NCBI GenBank assembly: GCA_000934665.2
Contig: JYFJ02001981.1
Span: 1 to 64,000 of the forward strand
DNA length: 64,000 nt
Origin: Catajapyx aquilonaris
Taxonomy: Eukaryota
Reading direction: 5' to 3'
Shown here: piece by piece, positions 38,200 to 48,569 of the stretch
Layout: every line of letters starts with the position of its first letter
How positions within the stretch are numbered: position 1 is the stretch's first letter
The notes under the pieces: generated by a model
Database searches by the model: none
What the model saw: the letters and a program-made list of their open reading frames with translations, nothing else
Told to the model about the DNA's origin: nothing
Position numbers and translations under genes: made by a program

Positions 38200-41100
38200 A
38201 TGTTATTCAAAGTGGAATCCAACACTGCACAAGTAAGGTGTTCCATTTATAATAATTATTTATGAATCATGATTAAACATTTGCGTAACAAATTGAACAA
38301 TGGCATATTTTTAAAAATAAATAGAAAGTGATTAGCTAGTTTGATGAATTGGTTTTTTAAATTAGCCATATACCAAAATTATTCATGAACCAAAGGTTTT
38401 AGGCAAGAAGAAATCAGAGCTTTTAGTTTCCATAATGTAATTATCATTTTCACGTGGATAAATAAGAGAAAATCGTATATTTTAACAAGGTGAAGTGGAA
38501 GCTGAATAACTAACAGTAAGGACTTTGAAGTGTGTTTGAAGCTCTAAAAGGAAATAGCCCCATTTAATGCCAGTTTATTTATTTGTGTGTATCATTGCAT
38601 CATTTGAAATTTGTAATAACCGAGAAGAAAAAGAATAACTCTTGCATCCAAACATTACCATTAGGAATTTTGGGATCGCCTATACACTTTGTTAACAAAA
38701 AGACACATATCTTGAAATATATCATTTCATTATAATAAAAATAATATCTGTACATAATATATCAGTTCTCTTTGCAACAGGCATTGCCATTATACCTTTT
38801 GGTAAAGTAATAAGTATTGGATTTATGTACCGATACTGCGATTATCGACAATCACTGATGTTAAACTTTAAGGCTGCCTTAGAATACTGATATAGTGATA
38901 GTATATACGGGTTTCGGGGGCTATCGGGTAACAGTACGTCATTGGTGTGATAAACGGGTGACAACATACAGTAATGGTTACAAGGCAATATTGAAGCAAT
39001 GCTTTCATTTTATAAGCTATAGATTCTTGCAATCTTGCGGCCTGAGAAGTGAGCATGCGTGGGAAGAACGTGAATTAACAGCAAATGTGCCCTATTCTTT
39101 AATGAATCGTAATACTTAAAAAAAGTCTACCATATTTCCATACATTGTCTCACAGTCGTTGAATTTATTGATCTCAGGACTATATTATCTTCCACCGATA
39201 TTCTACCGATATTTATTGTTAATGCTGCAAATATTTTCTCAACAAGATGAGTCAGAACTTATTATCCTATCACCGTACTCATTTGTCCAATACAAGTCGA
39301 AAATGCAGGGGCGAGGAATTTAGAAAAGCCAACTGATAAGTTATTTAGACTTATATACTTGGCCAACTCGGACCTAGCGGGATATTCACCTGGAGTTCTA
39401 ACTCACCAGAGATCACATGCGTCATAATGTACCGAAAATGAGAGAACGATCTGACGCCATCGTTTCTTTCATTGTTGCTTTTTTGTTGACACTGTTTACT
39501 CATATTGTTCTATGAGGGTATTTCCATGGAAACCTTGATGACGTCAGATCGTTGTCTCATTTTCCGTACATTACATGTCTGCAAACGTAATGTACACCTA
39601 AAAACCATTTAATAATATCCCCGCCCTTTCCTTGCTGTCATAATGAAAAGTGCAATCATTAATCCGCCGGTGCTCTAATTTCGTGTTCAAGATACTGACT
39701 GCAACTGCTGCCTGCATGGGTACGTTTGTCGGTGGTACAGTTTTAGGATACACCTCATCCGCCTTGCCTTCGCTTCAGGGAAACACAACTTCTAATATCA
39801 GATTCAGCGTTTCAGATTATGAAGCTGATTGGATAGGTAAGTTTATTGAGATTTATATGAAGCACAGCGAAAGTATGACAGCCTTGGAATATTATGTGCA
39901 GTGTAGCCTACCTATTTGGTGCTTCTTTTTCGTCACTTTCTAGGAAGCCTATCTCCAGTGGGGGCCCTCTGCGGAAGCCTCCTGGCGTCGCCTGTGCTGT
40001 CCATGATTGGCAGGCGTCGGTGCCACTTATGGGTGACAGCTCCAGTGTTTGTCGCCTCGTGGTTGCTGATTGCTTCTGCAGTCCACATAGACATGCTGTA
40101 CGTGGGACGCGTTCTGGGCGGTGCAGGACTGGGTCTGTCCTTAACAGCGGCGCCAATCATGGTGGTCGAAACCGCCCAGGTCTCCATGAGAGGGTACCTG
40201 GGAGCACTCACGCAAATATTAAACACGGTCGGGATCCTGTACTGCTACATCCTGGGCGTCTGGCTGGATTGGTCCTGGTTGGCATGGGCAAGTCTGGTGA
40301 CCGTGGTTCCATACGCCGTCCTAATGCTCCTAGTGCCGGATTCACCAGTGTGGTTGCTGTCCAATCGGGGACGCCAGGAAGCACTGGAATCGCTTACTTG
40401 GTTGAGAGGTGGAGATGTCCAGTTGGCTGAGCAGGAGCTTAGTGTCATGGAGAAAGAATCGACCGAAGAGGAGGTCAACCCTTCATACAGGGAGAGTTTT
40501 GCACTGATGCCACAGGCTCCATACCTCAAGGCTTTCCTCATCGTTGTCTGTCTGATGCTATTCCAACAACTCTCAGGAATCACCGCTGTACTTTTTTACA
40601 CCGTGGATATATTCGAGGTTGGTCTATCACAATACGAGGATAAGAGAATATTGTGTGTCTGAATATAAGTAGGGTGTGCTGCATGCTTCCACTCATAAAA
40701 ATAATTCATAAAGGGGTGTACATATTAATTAGTTAGACATGGAGGAGGACCAAAAGGGGCCGAAAATCAGCATGAAGTCCTACTAAGGATGTTTGAGTTA
40801 ATAGTAATTTTTTTCCCCGCAGGCAGCTGGAAGTGACTTGGAACCCCATATCGCCACCATTATAGTTGGTATCATGGCAACACTAGGAACCATCGGAGGC
40901 ACACTGTTGGTAGAACGTGCTGGTCGACGTCCACTTCTGACCACGTCGTCATCAATCATGACATTGTCCTTGGTGGTGTTAGGAATTTACTTCTACATGA
41001 AAGACCACGGGCCAACTCCTCCGGGATGGCTGCCTCTCCTCTGTTTAACAACTGAAATAATCGGATTTTCCATTGGCTACGGGCCTCTGGTCTGGTCGGT

Positions 41101-41389
41101 GGGAGCCGAATTGCTGCCCTGCGAAATCATGAATATTGCCAATCCGATTGCAACCGCACTGAATTCCGGAGGAGTATTCCTGGCAACCTTTACTTTCAAA
41201 TCATTGTGCAAAGCTATTCAACCATACGGCGTGTTCTGGCTGTACGGGTCCGTAGCCTTATTAAGCGTGCCTTTCAGTTTCTTTTGCGTTCCAGAAACGA
41301 GAGGGCTCACATCTGAGGACATCCGGGACATATTTTTTGGAAAACGTGAGAAAAATGTGAAAAGTGAGAAATCTCTAAATATTATCTGA
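38200..41389 (+). CDS. T9: Tret1-like sugar porter (472 aa)
   Basis: join(38200..38232,39692..39836,39944..40617,40823..41389); exon 1 MLFKVESNTAQ|GTAAGG is the least certain part; closest to T8. Confidence 0.88.
39425..39573. mobile_element. MITE-like element (149 bp) in T9 intron 1
   Basis: 37-bp inverted repeats TAATGTACCGAAAATGAGAGAACGATCTGACGCCATC / GATGACGTCAGATCGTTGTCTCATTTTCCGTACATTA (3 mismatches); TSD ambiguous (the outer TA may be the TSD). Confidence 0.65.
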
Positions 41390-42858
41390 CAATATTATAC
41401 TCCTATTTTTATTCCTCATTTTTAATTCATCATAAAAAGGATCGTTGTGTAGCATTATTTTCGCCAATGGGTCGAAGAAGAGTGCTTGGTCCAATAATGC
41501 TGTGAATGCAAAATCCTCCATACAGAGCTAGACATTGCCAAATTCCTCCCTAAATGGGATGAATTACGGTACTGTACATTTCTCCAAAACATGCACCGTT
41601 TCGATTGAGTTGGGGTGAGGGCAACAATGTCTACGTGCCGCAGGATGCTTGTAGCCAACTGTTTATCAGTGTCGTAACATGCCTCTGCATCTCCACTTTA
41701 GTACTGGTTTTTGGCCAAGAAAAACGCAGGAGGTTGCAAGGATATATGATACTTGTATGCATAATGGTGATAGGCATAAAAAATCACCAATCCCACACAT
41801 TGGCTCTATGCTGTTGAAATATTTCCGATACTCATGCCACATTCAATCGCAGGTTGATATTAATTTTCTGGTGTCAATAAAATATATTGTGAGCTGTATC
41901 AAAATGAAACAAACTGGTAAATTATACTCCAAACTATTATTTATGCCTAATAATAAACTTCACGTTCCATAAGTTTATAGCAAAATATATTCTACCTTTA
42001 ACTTTCCCCAGACTTTCCCTCTTCACTTGACAAATTGAAAACGTGAAGTGACATGTTCAAAGTATAATGTGAGCTTCTTAGGCTGCATTTTCCTTGACAT
42101 TTTCCCTGCAAGGCCACAACGCCAATCTGTGATACATTTGTATGAGAAAAGCACCTGATTAGTAAATGTCACAACAAGAGTAATCTGTTCTTGTAATCAC
42201 GCTATCCAATCATTGCGTCACTATTATCGACCTCACAAGCCACATGCAGCCTAGTCCATGATGCTTCACGTAATCTAAAATGATTACCGATAAATCTTCT
42301 TGCGTCCTTTTCCCATTTTCCTCCATTAAAGATTAACTGTGGATGTGTAACAAGTAGTTTTTTGAAACTGCAACCTTGAATCAGTAGTCTTCTATGAACC
42401 AGCGCATAAACTTACAAACTCCATATGCAAAAATGTCAGAATTGTATATCTCACTGAATGCATCGGAACCTGCTGCCGATGTTTGCTGCCGATGTTTCAT
42501 GAATAGAAAGACGTGGACTGTGCACCTCATTGTAGCCTACATTATAACTTACTTACAGTCTAATACATTATTAGTAAACATTAAATTGCCTAGCTCTGTA
42601 ACCTGCTGCACTCGGGCACAATAACTAAGCATGGGTTTTAATTGATGAATATGGATTCTAGGAGCAATACTGTACACTGCAGGTGATAAAATGGATATGG
42701 GCGTTGGTGAATAGAGGTAGTAAGGTATAATGTGTTATCAGTCTGGTGGAGTGGGTCAGGTTAGGCAACAACAAGCCTCCATTTCGTGCTCATACAAGCC
42801 AAGAAGTACTACTCTCTACTTTGTAGTAAGATACATGGCATTCATTCCTTGACGCACC

Positions 42859-45263
42859 ATGAAGCTACCTTTTAACTTCGGGGCAACAGCTGCCCAGGTA
42901 AGTTTATATTTTGTATGCTTGGTACTCTCATCACTCTTCATGAACTGCCACTCCACAGTAACAGTATAATCTAGACTTTAGAGTACACATCAAAATATAT
43001 CTTACACATAGGCCTACATGTCAATGTGGACTTTACCATTTATTTGCGTTACATAAAATAATATGCACTACAATAATAATTATGAAATGCTACAAGGCTG
43101 ACCCACAGTACTTTCCATACAATAAGGATGTAAATTAATTAGAGAGAACGTCGGAGGAGCATGTGCGCCAAGGACAAAGCATCTCAATGCGACAAGTTGA
43201 GAGACTTTCACAAGTATAGAGGTAGCTGAAAATAATAGTAGTGACAGTCATTATCCATAATCATACTGTAACACATTATGAGTAGCCTAGTTAGTTGGGA
43301 TCACGGCAACAGAAATGATAATATTGCACAAAATAAACGCGATGACAGGTATTTTAAAACATTGTGTACTATTCTGTGCACTGTAAAGTTGAACTAATGG
43401 CTAATAACTGATAAATATTAACGTAATCATAAGGTATTCATCAGGGTGGGAAAAACCCAATCGTTGATTAGGACAGAGGTTATCTAACTGATAATTCCAT
43501 TAGTGTGTATCAAAAAGTTTACCGCTAAATGCTAAGCCATTGACTAACCACCTTGACATTATTTTGAAAGACTTGCAAGTTTTAAAAAATCCAAACTGCG
43601 GAGCCATGGGATACTTATCAATGGATATATAGATCGATGAGGCCTCACTTTCTCCCTTTGGAAAATCATGGCAGCGGGATGAATAGCATCAAAGTAATGT
43701 CCATTAAAAATATTTTCCCATTCCCAGTCGCTGACAGCAGTGGCAGCATGCTTGGGGATGGTTTGCGCAGGTGCAGTGCTGGGATACACTTCTTCAGCGC
43801 TGCCATCAATGCAGAACTCCACCATAACATCGCACATGGCTTTTGAAGTCACCGATATGGACGGCGACTGGATAGGTATTACTTGACGACAATCCTTGAC
43901 TTATTTGAGCGTGCAGCTAAGACCAGACCATAATGATGTCTTGATTTATTTTTAGGTGGACTCCTGCCTCTTGGAGCTCTAGGTGGAAGTCTTCTTGGAG
44001 GACCTATAATGGCTGTTGTGGGTCGAAAGAAGACAATGGTACTGATAATAGCGCCCATTTTCACCATTGGTTGGATCCTAGTTTCTGCCTCTGTCCACAT
44101 AGCCATGATGTTTGTAGGTCGTTTCTTGGGAGGTTTTGCCGTGGGCCTGTCCATTACTTCATCACCCATGATGGTCGTGGAGACAGCGCAAGTTTCTCTC
44201 AGAGGCTACCTCGGGGCTATGCCGCAGATAATGGTGACAATCGGCATCCTCTTAAGCTACTCGTTGGGTGCGGGCCTGGATTGGGTCTGGCTAGGATGGG
44301 CCAGCCTCATCATGGTCGTTCCTTACGTTCTTCTGCTGCTCCTGGTGCCAGAGTCTCCGGTGTGGTTGCTGACCCACAGAGGACAGCAGGAAGCCTTGGA
44401 AGCCCTCACTTGGTTGAGAGGTGGAAACGAAGAGGTGGCTAACCAGGAACTAATGGCCATCCAGGAAGGTATGAATGAAGCCAAAGGCTCATCGGACGGA
44501 AACGCTGCTCAACTTCTACGGCAACTACCCTACTTTAAGGCCTTCATGGTCGTCATCGGACTAATGCTTTTCCAGCAGCTATCAGGAGTCAACGCAGTTA
44601 TATTTTACACCGTTATCATATTTAAGGTTTGAAAGCTGCACCATCCAAATCCAATGGTAGGCATGACCTAACACCTGCCATATATTTCAGGAAACCAACA
44701 GTGGCATTGATCCCAACGTGGCCACCATCCTTATTGGTATCATTCAAGTTCTGGCTACCGTAGCAGGTACAGCTTTGATAGAGAGGGCAGGAAGACGGCC
44801 TCTCCTGACCGCCTCCTCACTTTTCATGGCCGTGTCCGCGGCCATGATGGGAGGATTCTTCTTCATGAAGGATCACAATGGCGACGGTTCTCAGGGATGG
44901 CTGCCTCTTCTGAGCATGGCCGTGTACATCATCGCATTTTCCATTGGGTACGGCCCCTTGGCCTGGTTGTGCGGTGTTGAGTTATTGCCATTTGAAATCA
45001 TGAGTATTGTCAATCCCGTGGCGACTGCTATCAACTGGGGATGTGTGTTTCTCGTTACATTCACCTTTAAATCGCTGCAAGCTGCCATAACGACATATGG
45101 TGCATTTTGGCTGTTTGCTGCAGTGGCCGCAGTAGGAGTGCCTTTCAGCTTTTTCTGTGTTCCTGAGACTAAAGGGCTTACACCGGACGAGATCAGAAGT
45201 CTCTTTCGCGGTTCTAATTCAAAGAAAAATGCTTCATACAATGGAGACTTAGAAAAATATTGA
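42859..45263 (+). CDS. T10: Tret1-like sugar porter (476 aa)
   Basis: join(42859..42897,43728..43875,43956..44626,44691..45263); exon 1 MKLPFNFGATAAQ; most canonical pocket motifs (PQ, QQLSGVN, IQV, GPLAW, NW). Confidence 0.93.
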
Positions 45264-46311
45264 GAAAGTATGACCGTTGTTAATATGATATTCTTGTTGT
45301 TGTATTGTTGTTACCGTGTACAGATTGCAGACTCTTGAATGGTTATTATTATTCATGTCACAAAATTATATTTTTGCATTTGGAATGGATATACAAAAAT
45401 CACTGTGGTTTGTATTTGTAACCAACTTTTGTACTGTCTTGGTTAAATGAATAAGTTAAATTTATTCAATCGAACTTTGTAAAAAAATCCGAAATGAATG
45501 ACTCTTGTAGAAAAGTACCGCAAAGAAGAGTTTCTTTACACTTGTTCCTGCAAAACACATTCTCAGCTACAGTTTGAGCCAAATCCATTAGGAAAGAAAA
45601 TGAATGACTACCAGAGTAATGAATGTAAATAATATTCACCAGAAAAGCTCATCACGAGAGGTAACCAATTATTAACTTACATTAACTCATTAAGAAAAAC
45701 TGTACAGCTTGTCTCATATCCTAGCCCTAATGGTTAGGCTAAAGCTCATGTATAGTGTCATTCAGTCACGATCAATCCAACATGACTGGATAGGGGTATA
45801 GAGGAATACCGAGGAATACTGTTATTTCTTGATTAACCGAACGTCCAATTTAATGAGAAACATCAAGCCCAAAAAGCTAATCTGGTCTTTATACATATTG
45901 CATGTGTCCAGCAGGTTGATTATTATATTTAAACTATAACTGTAAGTGAGAATTGGCTTCTTCCCATATCTTCTCTCTACTCTGGAACTGAGAACTTGAG
46001 CAGTGTACCCATAATATCATAATATGGAAGCATTATTTTCTTATTAGGCTTATTAGGCGTATTTATTTATTGATCGTTTCAACCAGAGAATGGTCCTCAC
46101 TTCCCTAGTTGTAGCACTCAATTATTATGAAATCGTTATACTAAGAATAGAGACATCACTATATCGAATGCATAAGATCCATATGACATCACAGCTTTTC
46201 CCAAACATTGAAGTGTCAGCGGATAATGAAAATGTATTATTTCGGTAGCTTACAAAACTCACAACTATATAGACAACGGATTGCTATTATGTGTACAGTA
46301 CAGTATATTAC

Positions 46312-46538
46312 CGAAGCAGGTTGGCATAGTGGATAGGGCGTCCGACTGCTAATCGGGAGGTCCTAGGTTCGAATCCCGGGGCCGGCAACCTTGACCGTGG
46401 TTTTCTGTGGATTTCCACGGTCTTTCTAGGATAATTCCAGGGTCGCTTCCGTATAATAGGCCACAGCCGCTTCCTTCCTTCCCTATCCTTGGAGGTTGAA
46501 AGGCAATGCTGGGCCAACCTCCTTAATATCAATTATAA
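46312..46538 (+). mobile_element. SINE family 2 (tRNA-derived)
   Basis: A box TGGCATAGTGG, B box GGTTCGAATCC, body GGTTTTCTGTGGATTTCC...TAGGCCACAGCCGCTTCCTTCC; 15-bp TSD AGTACAGTATATTAC at 46297-46311 and 46539-46553. Confidence 0.88.
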
Positions 46539-46996
46539 AGTACAGTATATTACATTGTATACTACCTACTACTATACTAGTACTCATATAGGAGAGACTG
46601 GGGCACAGTGGACCACGGGGCACAGTGGACCTTTCCATTTTAAAAATCGAAAAAGCCGCCAAATTTTTTTCATCTGGTACCTCGTGAAACAAGTCACTGC
46701 CATGCTCCTGCCAACATGGCTGGCAACGGCTAGCGATCGATCGATCGATAGATATCCAGCGAAATCGATTTGAAGATAAGTGAAGTAAATTACTAACCCA
46801 CAGTTTAAATGCCACTTCAGGCGTAGCTGTTGGGCATGAGCCTGAAATCTTGTGGAATAGTGCCGCCCTTTGTCCATGAATACCGGAAGTTTGGTAAGCC
46901 TAACTTGCAATCGAAGTTACAATCATAGCATTATGTCAGTTGCTGCTGTCCGGGGCACAGTGGTCCAGTCGTTTGCGGGGCACAGTGGTCCATGTA

Positions 46997-47209
46997 CAGT
47001 CGGCTCAAGGAGTAAGTTGCCAGACCCCTAACCTAGAAATTAGCCTCCAACAGAGGTGCTGCCTAGGGGAGTGAGATTTATTGTATCAGGGGGAAGCAGC
47101 ACCTCTGTTCTTCCCCTTGATACAATAAATCTCACTCCCCTAGGCAGCACCTCTGTTGGAGGCTAATTTCTAGGTTAGGGGTCTGGCAACTTACTCCTTG
47201 AGCCGACTG
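46997..47209. mobile_element. Tc1/mariner-type fold-back MITE (213 bp), nested
   Basis: TA|CAGTCGGCTCAAGGAGTAAG...CTTACTCCTTGAGCCGACTG|TA; ~99-bp near-perfect arms with a short loop. Confidence 0.88.
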
Positions 47210-47589
47210 TACCACCCTGAAATGCACACTGTGTCCCGAAATGAACAGCTGTAAAAAATGTGAGACAATTATTTTAAAAATGTGAGTTAGGTAGAAAAAA
47301 GGGGCAAAACTGCTATGTTGACACAGTCCTCAAAATGAACAGCTGTAAAAAAAATGTTAGGCAATGAAAATAAACTTCTTGTGTGAATTGGGGGTCCCAA
47401 TCACTTCCGGACCACTGTGTCCTACCTATCGGGGTACAGTGGACCATTTGCAGGGGGTCGCTTCTAAATTTTTTTTAAAGCCAAAAGGATGGCACTGCCT
47501 GTGAATATAGTAATGACTTATATTACCAAGGAGTATCTCCACCATGCCTGAAAATATTGGGTGTGTAGGTATAACAGGTAGGTAAATAA

Positions 47590-47922
47590 TAATAATAATT
47601 GGTTGGGTAATGCTTTCACCCTATCGGGGTTTATTGCATGGACCTTTATTTATTTGTTGTGTACATTGGAGCCTTTATACGTATCGCCCGGGCCCACGGG
47701 CAGGATGACAGGAGGGGATGTGCAAGTGCAGTGCATCTGACGTGTGGCCATTTTTAGTGAGCTCCCCCGGGTGGTTTAGTCTGTAGGAAATACCACCCGA
47801 GACGAAGCCAGAGGTGACCGACCTCTGCACGAGATGAAGGGGGTGTCCCCGGGCTGGGATCGAACCCGGGACCTTAACATCCGTGGGCGCGCACGTTACC
47901 GCGGCGCCACTCCGTCTCCCCT
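47590..47922 (-). mobile_element. SINE family 1, full length, (ATT)n tail, nested
   Basis: Reverse-complement head and core match the 22745 and 37104 copies; 13-bp TSD GGTAGGTAAATAA at 47577-47589 and 47923-47935. Confidence 0.9.
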
Positions 47923-48569
47923 GGTAGGTAAATAAAAATTCAAATGGGCAAAAGTGGTCCACTGTGCCCCGGTCTCCCCTATTCTTCAAAATACTTATAA
48001 CTTACTAAGAAGCAAGTTGGCAGTAAATTTTCATCGATGTAAGACATATGGTTTTTTCTAGGTTTGCAAGACATGATAATATTCTTGGATTATTAATAAG
48101 TAGGTTATGCAGCACCAAAATGTTGGCAAGAACACAATAGAGATAAGATAGCAATTCCGGCTAATGAATGATATTTATTCTGGTAACTAAAAACATATTA
48201 TATAGGTGACCCTTAAAAACTCGTCACACTTTGTCATGAAATTCGCAGTTGATAAATGGTTATTGACTATAGGTAGCGCTCGTTCAAAGCGTGGTCTAGT
48301 AGTGTCGCAAATGTTTACAGTGTTATATAACATAGCGGTAGTATATTGAGTTCTTGCCAGCATTTCGATAGTCTCACATGGTCGTGGCGGTGCCAGAGAG
48401 GAGAGGAGAGGGGGAAGCACGGAGGGAAGGCGTGAATCAGTATGGATATGGGGTGCACTCCTGTTGCATATGTCTGCTCACGTGTGCAACACACCACAAA
48501 ATCTCAGCCCCATTCAAAGCCTGTCACAGTGCACGGAGATCTCACTTCAGTTCAAGACCTTCCACAGAG

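Larger units (their letters stand above)
46591..47979. mobile_element. TA-flanked non-autonomous DNA transposon (probably Tc1/mariner-pogo group) hosting two insertions
   Basis: 26-bp TIR GGAGAGACTGGGGCACAGTGGACCAC / GTGGTCCACTGTGCCCCGGTCTCCCC, TA on both sides; internal repeats of GGGGCACAGTGG(A/T)CC. Confidence 0.8.

Noticed and set aside
46312..46387. tRNA-like sequence with GCT anticodon loop (also the SINE family 1 heads)
   Set aside because: Acceptor stem does not pair, there is no Ser-type variable arm, and each is followed by a body and bounded by a TSD, so these are SINE heads rather than tRNA genes.
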